Of a stretch of 64,000 bases of DNA, positions 12,020 through 23,352 are shown in pieces. Origin of the DNA: Felis catus (taxonomy: Eukaryota). The DNA lies in NCBI RefSeq assembly GCF_018350175.1, contig NC_058368.1, positions 238,268,001 through 238,332,000 of the forward strand. Reading direction: 5' to 3'. The stretch's first letter is position 1, and each line of letters opens with the position of its first letter. A model generated the notes under the pieces. It did not search any database. It was not told the origin of the DNA and saw only the letters and a program-made list of their open reading frames with translations. Made by a program: the position numbers and the translations under genes.

Positions 12020-12400
12020 TCTTTTTCCAGTGGAGGTGAGATTCACGCAGATAAAAGCAGTCGCTCTCAAGCGAGCAACTGCGTGGCATTTAGCGTGTCC
12101 GCAGTGTGGCGCAACCACCACCTCCGTCTAGTTCTGGAACGTTCCTCCCTCCCAGGAAGGAGCCCTGGGAGTTGATCCCCAACCCTCCTCCCACCCCCAA
12201 AATCACTGACTTGTGTTCCATCACTGAATTTACTTAGTGTGGACACTTCACGTCAAAAGAATCAGCACGTGACCTCCATGTCTGGCCCCTTGCACGTGTG
12301 TGGTCTGCAGGACATCCACACTGTGGCACCCACCACGGCTGCATCGCCCCTTACGGCAGATGGTGCCCCATGATACACCGTGGGTGATACGGCCACAGAC
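12020..12400 (-). mobile_element. L1MB-like 3' end, antisense
   Basis: gtggcatttag...caaccaccacctccgtctagttctggaac...tggacacttcacgtcaaaagaatc resembles the L1MB 3' UTR reverse complement. Confidence 0.75.
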
Positions 12401-12872
12401 AGACAGACACCGGCAGCCGCTTACCCAACCTCTGTCGATGGACAGACACACGCTCATTCGAGATTCCGTATTCAGTCCTCCCGGGTCTAGCCCTACGAGT
12501 GCGCTCACTGGGCCACACGCTAACTCCGCTTAGCCTTTGCGGCCCCCCCCAGCCGGCTTTCCACCGTGGCCGCCCCCTCACCTTCTCCCCTCTGGTGCAC
12601 GAGGGCTCCACGTCCCTGGGCGGGGGTCCTCTGGCTGTGAGCTGGCCACGTGTGGCGGGGGCTCCAGCGGGACAATTCAGGAGGTGGGAGTCCAGGGAAG
12701 GGCAGGCTGAGGCCTGGGCAGGGTCCTCCATGGGGTCCAGCGCCGTGGGCGTGGGGTCCGCCTACAGGCTCAGCTGTGGGACCCGGACCACAGCCGTGTC
12801 TGCGTGGGGACTGAACAGCCCCGCTGACACCCCCGGCCAAGCCTGGCCATCCCGGCTGACGCCCTGGCCTCC

Positions 12873-12977
12873 GATGACACTCCCGGTCCCTGCTGATGCC
12901 CCTGGTCCCCAGTAATGCCCCAGTCTCCACTGATGCCCCAGTCCCCGCTGATGCCCCCGGTCCCCACTGACGCCCCT
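12873..12977. repeat. Minisatellite, about 18-bp unit (ctgatgccccagtcccca), about 5 copies
   Basis: Direct tandem units visible in the sequence. Confidence 0.85.
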
Positions 12978-14343
12978 GCTGGCCTGACCCGACCAATGGA
13001 CCTGCGCTCAGGCCCTGCTGGTCTAACGGGCCATCGGACCACTGCAGGAGGGACGAGGTGCCTTTGTGCTGCTCTGGCCCGACCCAAACTCATTACCGTG
13101 GACGTGGCAGGTTCCCCGGGTTGTTAGGCGGCCTCTCTGAGGGTGGTCGCTGAGGTCTGGGCAGCGGCACAGAGCCCCACCCCCACCCCCACCCCCCACC
13201 CGCACGTCAGGAGCAAGGAGGCAGATTTCGTGGGTCTCGCCGGTCAGGGGCAGGTCCCTGACCTGGTGGGGGATGTGCTCGCCACTCAGTGCCGGCTGCC
13301 CACAGGCTCGATGCCACCCCCACTCCTGGCTGGGAACTCAGCTCTGCCCTGGGACAGTGAGCTCGGAGGCCCCCGTGCCAAGGGGCCCAGCTCCAGCCTG
13401 GACGGCACACGCTCCTGCAGGCGGACCGCTGTCCTGTCCCCCTCCCCAGGCCCACGGGGCTTTCTGTGGCCGTCGGCTTCCCGGTCACCCCTCTGAGTGT
13501 CTGAGCTGATGCTGGACAACCAGCAGGGAAGAGTCCGGTTCACACCCCAGCCTTCAAGCCCAAACATGGGCACCATTCCCCTATTTAACACACACACCCC
13601 ACCTCCTGGCTCCCGTCACCCCATCGGGCTTCTTACCTGCACGCCTCGGCGGGGCTGGACGGGCCCCCGTGCCCACCTCCACGTGGGTGGTCCGCAGGAG
13701 CCCAGACACGCCTTCCCGAGTCTCTGCTGCCACCTGCACGTCCCCCACCGGGTCAGGGACCTGCCCCCGGCATCACGGGCGAGACCCACAAAATCCAGGC
13801 AAGCAGCTAAAAATGCGCACGTGCTTCCACATTTCCGTGGTCCTTCCTGCCGTGGTCCTGACTCGTCATCCCCGAGGCCCTCGCCAGGTGCAGGTAGGTC
13901 CTCCCTCCCGCTCACAGCCCGGGGGCCACGGAAGCTCCAGTAGCTCGTGACGGACGCTTCTAGTTCTGCACAAACCCCAGCGAATCCGCCCCCACCCGCG
14001 GCTCGGTCGGCTCCCGAGGTTGGTCGGGTGCAGCTTCTGTCCGCACGAGATTCCATTTCCGCCGTTTTGCCGGATGGGGGTTTTCCATCATTTCTTCTCA
14101 CTCCCAACCAAAACGACACCCTTGGCAAACAGACACCTGTTTTTCTGCTTCAGAAGAAAGAATAAATTTGAGGCTGCCTTTTCAAGCCATCTGATTTTTC
14201 AGAATTTTAATCAACATTCGGCGTGTAGGACGTGGCGCCTTTTTTGAAAAAGGCCGTATTTTCTTCTTGTTTAGAGAGCTTGGACTTCCTGTTCATCGGT
14301 GATACCACGCTAAGTCAACTTTGCATATTCCGTTTACCTGTGT

Positions 14344-14393
14344 ATTTTATTTTATTTTATTTTATTTTATTTTATTTTATTTTGTTTTATTTA
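14344..14393. repeat. (TTTTA)n microsatellite
   Basis: Direct pentamer repeat. Confidence 0.95.
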
Positions 14394-14985
14394 TGCAGGT
14401 AAATTATTATGTACCTAGAAACATAACGGATTTAATTAGGCATGAGTCTCCAATTCAATCAAGAATTTTTTTCTTAAAATTGTCCTATCGCCCTTCTAAC
14501 CCAGCGGCACGGGAGGAAGCCACTGCTCTGGGAGCACAAAGACTTTTAAACTGTGTTGACCTCATCCTGCCGTGATCGTGTGCAAGTGAACAGAAACTGA
14601 ATTTTAGGGACTAATAAATAACGGGAAAGCTTGCTTTTTCCCTAGGGATCCGAGCACCCAGAAGACACCTGACCCTGAAACAGCCTGGGGCGGACCTCCA
14701 GGTCTGCACGTTGGGCTCCAACCTGTGATTTCTCACTGACGTGCAGGACTGATCCTGGGCACGCGTCCTGGGAGGGGCGGGGACGATTCTGACTCCGGTC
14801 CTCTGTGGTCCCAGCGCACCTGGACTGCAGACAACGGCAGAGAACCCAGCGGACCGTCCAGCCCTTCTTCCTCCAGCTCAGAAGCAGGGCAGCCGAGACG
14901 CCCAGGTTCCTGACCTGTCTGCAGAGCGAGTGGCCACGTGACCTGGTTCTGGCCTGCTGGGAGGGAGCAGAATTGTTCTCGGGGC

Positions 14986-15443
14986 CGTAAGAGTCAGACT
15001 TCTCCAGAGAACCAGAGCCGACAGCGTGCACATTGGTTTTTGTAAATACACACACGGGTAGACGGATTTCGAGCAGTTGGCTCACGTGATTACGGGGGTG
15101 GGTCTGAGATCTGTAGATCAGGCCGGCAAGCTGGAAATTCAAGGAAGAATGGAGGTTGCAGTCTTGACTCTAAACGTGTAGGGCAGGCTGGTGGGCCAGA
15201 AACTCAGGCAGACCTTCTATGTTACAGTCCCGAAGAGAAACCTGTGTTTGCTCTTAAGGGCTTCAACTGATTGGATGAGGCCCACCACATTATGAAGGCT
15301 AATGTGTTTTACTCAAAATCTACTGGGTTAAATGCTAATCACATCTAAAAAGAAATTACCTTCGTGGCAACATCCAGACTGACGTCTGACTCAACAAATG
15401 GGCACCGTGACCTACCTCAGTTAACACATAAATTGGCCATCAT
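14986..15443 (-). mobile_element. MLT2 (ERVL) solo LTR, MLT2C/D-like
   Basis: ttctccagagaaccagagcc start, ttcaactgattggatgaggcccac core, and ttaacacataaattggccatca end. Confidence 0.9.
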
Positions 15444-15454
15444 GGGGCAACGTG

Positions 15455-15560
15455 GCCACGCCTGGAGCTCCAGAAGCCATCTTGCAACCATGAGGAACCA
15501 AGGACGAGGGAAAGACTGAGAGATGGAGAGAGGTGGCCTTTAAGTCACTGAGCACAGGAA
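15455..15560 (+). mobile_element. Old MLT1 (J/K-like) LTR fragment
   Basis: cctggagctccagaagccatcttgcaaccatgagg motif. Confidence 0.55.
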
Positions 15561-16884
15561 CCGGCTTACGGGTCCTGTGTGTCCAGAACGTTCTGCTTGA
15601 TCAGTCACGGGGGGTCTTTCACACACCAGAGTCATCGAAAGGTGGCGAAAGCACTGACCTTCCTCACTCCCAAGATGGCGAGGCAACAGGCTGGAGCAAG
15701 GGCTCGGGGGTGAGGTCTGCTGGTCCTTGTCCAGCCGTCAGCCCGATGTGACGCCCGGAAGGCGCCCCTGACCCAGCGGCGTCTCCCTGACCTGTCCCGG
15801 CCACGGACAAGGAGAATGAGCCCACGTGGATGCACGTGGCACCTGTGTCGGGAGGCGAGGGGGCCGTGCCGTGGCCTCACCGAGTTTCGCTCTGTTCCTC
15901 CGTGGGACCTGCTCCCCGTAAAGACAGCAAACCACGCAGGCCCGTGTATGGAAATGCCGAACGCTCGTTCATCCATTTTGCGATTTATTCCTCCTTCTGT
16001 AAACCGGTCAGGCCCTGGGTGTCTGGTCAGACGCGGACGGGACGAGAGCCCAGGGCCCGTAGGGGAAGAAGGACGAGGACACACATCCCTCCGACTGAGC
16101 ACAGAGAAGCGGGACGCGCCCGGAGGGGAGGGCCCCCAGGAAGCCTCTTGAGAGGACTCAGGCAGATGATGGCCGCAGACAGACGGGCCCAGGGCCGGAC
16201 TCAGAACAAGTAGCCGTCCCTCTGACCCGCACCTGTGACTCTGGGGCAAAATCTGCGTTGATAACGGATACGAACGTGGCAGTGACACTGGCCAGGTGGA
16301 GAGCCCGAGCAGGAAGGTGGCCGGGCGGGGAGCGGTCCGGGAAAGACGCCGGCGACTCTGGGGCCGCAGCAGAGCTCAAAAACCCAGCAGCCAGACAGCG
16401 AGGGCCCCGCAGAGGCCGCAGGACCCCGAGGAGGCAGCCCCAGCGCCTTGTAGCTTCCCGGCTGAGAGCATCTTCCTTCCCGTTACGCACGCTTCTGTCT
16501 GCACCTCAACTTCCCGTGAGAGACTAAGCTGACGTGGCGGGTCGGATGTGGTTTTCGGTGAACGGACTGGCCCACGACACCCGCAGAGCCGCCGACGCCC
16601 TCACGGCGGACACCGCGGTCGGGGCCGTGCCTACCGCACGTGCGCCGCAGCCACGCTCGCCTAGGCCCGGGGTGGCCCGGTGGCCGCGGTGGCATCGGGG
16701 AAAGGACGGGCTGGCACGCGGCACCGCGACAGGGCCCCCGCCACGGCCCCTCCGCCTCCGTCGGTCCCGCGTGTGCGTCACGGCTCTCCCGCCCGCCAGC
16801 ATGGCTCAACTTTTCAGCCACTTGGTCTCGTCGCGAACACGCTCTTCCCGCGGCGGGGAGCGGGTGTTGTTTGTTCTAAGAGGA

Positions 16885-17015
16885 GCCGCACACAGAGCTG
16901 TGACATAAACACTAGTAATCGGCTCTGTGACATTCTTAATAAAAAAGACACGTTGATTTCGTGGTAATGGCAAATTTATGGCATAGTTTTCTGCTAAGTA
17001 AGAACAAACGTGATT
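16885..17015. promoter_or_regulatory. AT-rich island, candidate enhancer
   Basis: Two ctgtgacat (MEIS/TGIF-like TGACA), taaaca (FOX-like), taatgg and tttatggc (HOX/CDX-like) within about 100 bp. Confidence 0.4.
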
Positions 17016-18439
17016 CTGGGCCGCAGCCTCCCATCAGTATGCCGACACTGCCCTCTACGGACACCGGGGCTCCCCGGGGACCCCGTGGCGCGTGAGCCTG
17101 GGGACGGGATCTTCCTCCCGGAGCCGCCTGGCGCAGGGGAGCCCCCGCGAGGGCCCGGCTGCTCCCCGTCCTCCCTCCTCGCCTCGTCCCCGGGGGCGAG
17201 CTCGCCGTCCCCCACTAGAGCTGGGCTCCGGGGTCCAGGCCTCACCCGTGGCCCCGTGTCGTGGCCCCCAGTCGTCAGTTCCGCTCCTCAGGGCAGGGGC
17301 TACAGGCTCTCAGCAAGCAGCAGATCCCGAAGTGCCCACGCCTGCAGAAAGAGCCGTGTGCACCCCGTCCACGTGCGGAGGAGAGCGGGCCTCAGTGCCC
17401 GGTGCCCACAGAGGTCTCCACCATCAGGGACATGATGCAAGGAAACGGGAGAGGGCCGGGTGACGGCTGGGTGGCCTCCTTCCCAGAGGAGCCGTGTGCT
17501 GCCCTTCACCAGCACTCGGGGTCAGAGTATGGGACGGACGTGCAGGTAGCTGGTGATGGTCCCTATACGGACCTATGGCCAGCACGGGGCTCAGGGGGCC
17601 GAAGATGTGCCCGCTGGGCCACTGTCCAAGAGACAAAACCAGGACTGCAGCCCCGGGCGTCACGTCCACACCTGAGGCACCAGCACCTGCGGGAAGGACC
17701 AGCCTGGCTGGCCCGTCCAACTCAGGCCTCCCTTCCCGGGCCCCAAGCCTCCCGACAGAGTGGTTCCCAGATGTTCGAGGCTGGTCAGGTGGAAGTCCCT
17801 GCCGGGCCCCAAGCGCTGGCGCCACGGGCAGCCTGTCAGCCACTGGGAGCGGGGGCGGCCGCCCTGGACGCAGGCAGTCTGGTGGCCGGCCGTGTCCACC
17901 ACCTGCCACGTGGGGACCACCTGCTTGGGGATCCTCAACAGGGAAGGGTCCTGCTGAATTCCTACCTGACGAGGTCTTCGTGCAGGAAATAAACACACAG
18001 GAGGCCGGCGCCCTGCTCTGCTCCACACTCACCCCTTCACACCCGCACCCCTGCGGTCAGCAGGGAGGGCCCTTTCCGCATGCTTCCGGCTCACCCGGCA
18101 GCCCCTCCGCTGTGGCAACGCCCCTTCCCCCACTCGGGGGCCGCCCAGACCCACCGTACCTGCACCCCCAGGCTGCTGCTGATCAGGGGGCCAGGGCAGA
18201 GGTCACAGCCTGGGACGTTCTGAGGCCTGCGTGACCCCCGGGGTGAGCTCCCCGGAGGGCCAGTCGTGGGGGACGCGGGGCAGGGCGTTTCCACCGTGAT
18301 CTCACCACGTGCGCCGTGCTCGGTGCCGGCCTCCCCCCGGGCCCACGAGGGTTCGGGGCGCCCCGTCTGACCCCCACAGGCTGTGAGGCTGAAGCCAGGT
18401 TTGCCTCCCCACGCCCTGCGCACCCCTTCCTCCCTGGAC

Positions 18440-19135
18440 TCATTTCTTTTGTTTCCTAAATGCCACATGTGAGTGAGATCATATGGGGTGTGTCCTTCTC
18501 TGACTTATTTCACTTTGCAGAACGTTCTGTAGCCCCACCCGCATCGTGGCAAATGGCAAGATTTCATCCTTTTTGATTGCCGAGTAGTATTCCCTTGTGT
18601 GTATGTACATCTTCTTTATCCATTCATCAGTCAGTGGACACTTGGGCTCCTTCCCTAATTTGGCTACTGTCGACCATGCTGCTATAGACATTGGGGTGCA
18701 CATGTCCCTGCAAATCGGTATTTTTGCATTCTTTGCGTAAATATCCAGTAGGACAATTGCTGGGTCCTAGAGCAGTTCTATCTTTTTATTGTTTTACATT
18801 CTTATTTATTTTTTAGAGACAGAGAGAGACAGAGAACAAGTGGGGGAGGAGCAGAGAGAGAGGGAGACACAGAATCCGAAGCAGGCTCCGGGCTCCGAGC
18901 TGTCAGCACAGAGCCCGACGCGGGGCTGGAACTCACGAACCACGAAATCATGACCTGAGCCGAAGTCGGACGCTCAACCGACTGAGCCACCCAGGCGCCC
19001 CGAGTAGTTCTATCTTTAACTTTTTGAGGACCCTCCAACTCTTCTCCACAATCTCTGCACCAGTCTGCATTCCCACCAACAGTACAGGACAGTCCCCTTT
19101 CTCCTCATCCTCGCCAGCACCTGTTGTCTCCTGTG
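18440..19135 (-). mobile_element. L1 3' region (carnivore-era L1), antisense, interrupted by a SINE
   Basis: ccacatgtgagtgagatcatatgg, ttctttatccattcatcagtcagtggacacttgg, tgcattcccaccaacagt; translates as L1 ORF2 C-terminal-like text (CTPMSIAA...PKCPLTDEWIKKM). Confidence 0.9.
18786..19001 (-). mobile_element. CAN-SINE (feline type) with TSD
   Basis: Full head and (CT)n body; TSD gagcagttctatcttt (18770-18785) / gagtagttctatcttt (19002-19017). Confidence 0.97.
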
Positions 19136-19689
19136 CTGAAGGATCCCTCTGATGCAGTTTGAAGCCACGTCCACACTGCTGACTTGCCTTGTGTTACGTG
19201 CCTTGTTGGGACCGCGTGGAGGGCGTGGAGGGCACGGAGGACGGCAATCATAGTTTTAGTTTCTGGTAGGTTTCTTCTTTTTCTCTTCCTTTTTAGAAAA
19301 TCGTTCTCTGTTTCTTTTTGCTGGGAACTGGCTTTTAAAAAACTTTTATAAATGTATAAACTGTAGATACTAATTAAAACACTCTTAGTAACGTTTCAGA
19401 TCTGGGAATTATTTGTTCTCTAGAGTCACCTGCTGCTGGTTTAACACATCCTACCCTCTACACGGCTGGTTTCCTGAGAGCCGGGGGTCCAGGTGCCATG
19501 TGTGCACGTGGGAAGGGGGAGCCTGCAGGCACGTACACGGTCTCCCAGCACACTGGGGACGAGGGTCCGTCAGGCTGAGTGTCTGGACCTGGGAGGGGGT
19601 GGCAGTGCCCGCCTGAGCTCCTCTCCGGGAGAAAATGGGCACCAGCCTTCACACAGTCTCTACGGGAAAGACGGGGCCACCGAAAGATT

Positions 19690-20560
19690 AGGTTACAGAT
19701 AAAACAATAAAGTCATTAGAAGGAAATTTGATGGTAATTTTTTATAAGCTGGAAGTTGGGAGAATTTTTCTTAAGACCCCAACTCTTAAAGGAACGTCAG
19801 ATACCATTTACTTTAACAAGTTTTGTGTTCCTGCACGGCAAGGCCACGCTGCAGAAACACGGGTAGTGAGGGGACCGGAGGGCCGCGTGACGGACAAAGG
19901 GCCGCTCTCCCTCCTAGACAAGCCCTCGCCCTTCTTCCTTAGGAAGAGCCGAGCAATCGGTGGGAGAACAGTGAAGACGGGAGCCCGCCACTGGCGAGGG
20001 GGGCCCCCAGAGCCGAGGAGGGGGTGAGGGGAAGCAGACGGTGGCGGAAGCAGAGACCCCCTCCTGCCTTGGCGATCGGCCGCCCGACCGCACACTTGCT
20101 CACGGGCGCCGAGGGGCGCGGGGGGATCGGTGCCCTTCACGTCTCTGGCCGAGGCGCGAATCCAAACCACCTTTGAGAAAGCTGTGTCTGCTGAGAAGTG
20201 AATGTGCTTCACGCCCGCTCACGCTCTGGGGGTATCCATCACGCGCAAAGACTAACTTATAAACGCGACATCTTCAAATGTTTTACTTATTGAGGGAGCG
20301 GCAAAGAGGGAGAGAGAGAATCCCAGGCAGGCTCCCCACTCTCAGCACAGATGCGGGGCTCGATCCCACGACCCCGAGATCGTGACCCGAGCCAAAATCC
20401 AGAGTCTGACATTCAACCAACCGAGCCGCTCAGGGGTCCCAAGCGATGACACACAGTCAAGGGTTTGAACTGGTAACAACTTGAAGCCCCGGCCTACGCT
20501 CCCGTGGCGGAAGGCGAGTAGAACACGGTGCGCGTCCCCTGCAGAGGTGAATGGCTCCCG
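19690..20560 (+). mobile_element. Decayed ancient L1 (L1ME-like) ORF2/3' remnant
   Basis: Faint collinear L1 motifs (ttttataagctggaagttggg, gacaaaggg, aaaccacctttgagaaag, ctctgggggtatccatc), GC-shifted. Confidence 0.45.
20275..20440 (-). mobile_element. CAN-SINE (older subfamily)
   Basis: agagagagaatcccaggcaggctcc...gggctcgatcccacgacc...caaccaaccgagcc. Confidence 0.9.
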
Positions 20561-20810
20561 ACACGGCCGTTCCATTCCCGCAGAGCGTCAGGCCAGCGCG
20601 ACGGTCCGCTCTCCGGAGGCTTTGGTAAAGCACACACAATCGCTGTTCCCGTGTTTGTGACACGCGGACAGGCCCCTAGTGTGTTAGCTGTGTGGCGGGG
20701 GAGGGGGGGTCCAACTCAGAAGCAGCCTGCCAGGTGCATTAAGAGAGAGGAACTTTCCTGAGCAGTGGGCGCGGTAAGCCTCTGGTTCTGTTTAAAAGTG
20801 ACAAGACAGC

Positions 20811-21033
20811 GGCGTCTGCGTGGCTCAGTCGGTTAAGCATCTCTCAGGTCGTGACGGATGCTTCAGCTCAGGTCATGATCTCACGGTCCGTGGGTTCCAG
20901 CCCCGAGGCGGGCCCTGTGCTGACGGCTCGGAGCCTGGAGCCCGCTTCGGATTCTGTGTCTCCCTCTCTCTGCCCCTCCCCTGCTCGTGCTCTGTCCCCC
21001 TCCCTCAAAAATAAACATTTAAAAAATAAAAAT
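20811..21033 (+). mobile_element. CAN-SINE with TSD
   Basis: gtggctcagtcggttaagc head; TSD aaaagtgacaagacagc (20794-20810) / aaaagtaacaagacagc (21034-21050). Confidence 0.95.
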
Positions 21034-22659
21034 AAAAGTAACAAGACAGCCAATGCTCACTTGCGTAATTTGAAGTGCACGTTTGCACAAGCGTAGACAG
21101 GTAATAACCCGACTCCTAACATCGCACCTCTGGAGGCTGGGAGGGAGGGCTAACGTTCTCATTACGCAGTTCGACTTGCCACCAGGGGCACGCCCTGCTT
21201 TGGTAATTAAAACAGCGAACAAAAGCCAAACAAAAATTAAATGGAGTGAGAAAACCAGGTCAGAAGCAGACTTCTCTCTCAAGGAAAACACAGTCCTCTC
21301 TCTCTGGGGGACACTAGCCCGACTTGGGACCGACCCCTCAGGCGGGAGAGAGGAGGGCCAGGTGGCACGAGGGGGAGGGGTCTGCAGCAGAGAGGAGCTG
21401 GGAAAACCACGCGGGCACGTGTGTGCCAGGGGCCAGGCTCTGTCTGCCGTTTGGAAGCAAGCTAGCCAAGTGGCCATCCACAGGTTGGCACGGCATGGGG
21501 ACCCATGGCCGGGAGAAGCAAGGGGCGCCCGTGGTGACGCTGCCCCGAGTTCCCTCTGCCCGGGCGGGTGCCGAGAACTACCCCAGGATGGGGTGGGCAC
21601 GTGGCCCACGGCGCCCAGGCCTGCGGCCCCCTCCGCTTGCACCCAGCGGAAGGTTCTGGGGACCTCATCCCCAGCTGCAAGTGCCATCGACGGTTCACCG
21701 ACAGGACCGGGCACGGCCTCTCCGGGTGGTCCCCACAGCCAAGGCAAGGGGGACGCGGCCCCCGAACCTTCCGGCTTCTCGCAGTGACCAGCCCCCCAGA
21801 AACGGCAACACTCAGCACTCGGGCCCCCCTAGCCAATGGATCTTGGTGACAGGGTGCCTGTCATACTCCTCTGTCCCCCACACTCTCTAGACACGGCGCA
21901 GCTTTCCGGAGGAGACCCCTCCTGCGCGCACAGCTCGCAGCACCGCTGGAGTTTCCAGACTGTCGCGTCCCCAGCCTGTCCTCCCGCCTGCTGCGGTCAC
22001 CTGGGCCGGTGCTGCTGCCGTGGAAGGGTGGTCGCGCCTAGGACGGAAGGAACAGCGAGACTTCAGGGAGCCTGGCTTTCCATGTTCAGGGGTTGGACTG
22101 TTAGGTTTCCTTAGAATTAGGTAAATATCTTCAAGATGTCACAGCCCCATCTAAAAGGGCAAAGAAAAGCCCCGGGCCTCGGCTTCGCCCCCATCCCCTC
22201 CCAGACCCGGCTCCCCTCCGAGGTCAGGGACACCGATTACAGCCGCCCCTTCACCTAGAAACCACACACCGAGCACGTGCAAATCCGGTGGGGCGGACAC
22301 CTGCCGCAGCCCCGCCCCCTCGGGCCCCGGGGTCCCGCTGGCCTTCAGAGGAACGGACCCCGATCCCCCACGTCCTGCGGGGCGGCCAGCGCCCTCGGCT
22401 GACCGCGGGGTGTCAGGCCCCTGAAAGAGGCCCCCAAGGGCCCTGGGCACCCTCCCCGGGAGGCCCTTCCCTCCCTCCCTGCGCCCGTTGTCCGCACCCA
22501 CGCGGCTCCTCGCCCAGGGGCCCCTGCCCTCGCGGCTTCCCACGTCCCTGGGCCACCAGGGCAGGGGCCGCAGGTGGCGGCGCCGGGAGGGGGAGGCGTG
22601 GAGAGGCGGAGGCAGGCACCGCCAGGGCCACAGCGGGGCCTCCTGGAAGCACACTAGCG

Positions 22660-22940
22660 CCTCCTGCTCTCCCCCCAGCTCCATTACCCTCCCCCACCTC
22701 CTCTCCTCCTTGGCCTCCTCCCTCCCCCTGCTCTCCCTGCCCTTTCCCTCCCCTCTCTTCCTCCCCCCCACCTCCTCTCCTCTTTAGCCAGCTCCCTACC
22801 CTCCCCCTACTCTCCCTGCCCTCCCCCTACCCTCCTTCTCTCCTTCCCCTCCCCCACCTCCTCTCCTTAACCCCCTCCCTCCCCTCCTCCCTCCCTTCTC
22901 TCTCCCCTCCTCCCTCCCCCCCCATCCTCTCCCCCATTTC
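22660..22940. repeat. Polypyrimidine (C/T) low-complexity tract
   Basis: About 280 bp composed almost entirely of C and T. Confidence 0.9.
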
Positions 22941-23267
22941 TGAAGGGCTGGCTGGCCTCTCTTGCTCCTTCCCTAAGATAATCTCCCTACAATATTTCCC
23001 ACGGAGAATGAACAAAGTACTGTGTTCTCAAGTCTTGAAATAATGCTTTTCTCCCTGGGGTTTTGTCACCAACTTGATACATAATTAGGTTCTTTTGTTT
23101 TAGCTTGTTTTCAATTTTCGGGATTGCATTTTCTTCATTTTGCTTTAATTTTATTCTTTGTACAAAGCACAAATGATTCCGGAGCCAACCGTCTAATAGG
23201 ACGTCCCAAACCCCCTAGGAGACCGTTCCTGATCTTTGTTTGAGCCTCCCCATGTTCCCTCTTGCAT

Positions 23268-23352
23268 CGTGCGTGTGAAGGCGTGTGCACGGCGTGAAGG
23301 TGTGTGCACGGCGTGTGAAGTGTGTGCACCGCGTGTGAAGGCTTGTGCACAG
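23268..23352. repeat. Short minisatellite, about 20-bp unit (gcgtgtgaaggcgtgtgcac), about 4 copies
   Basis: Direct tandem units. Confidence 0.8.

Noticed and set aside
10934..12121. Longest ORF (395 aa) and other long ORFs such as 25244-26164, 26592-27491 and 6771-7622
   Set aside because: Pro/Gly/Arg/Ala-rich, overlapping in several frames, with no recognisable domain; expected from stop-codon scarcity in very GC-rich DNA.
21177..21193. CTCF-like motif tgccaccaggggcacg
   Set aside because: One G short of the core consensus spacing, and similar partial matches are common in GC-rich DNA.
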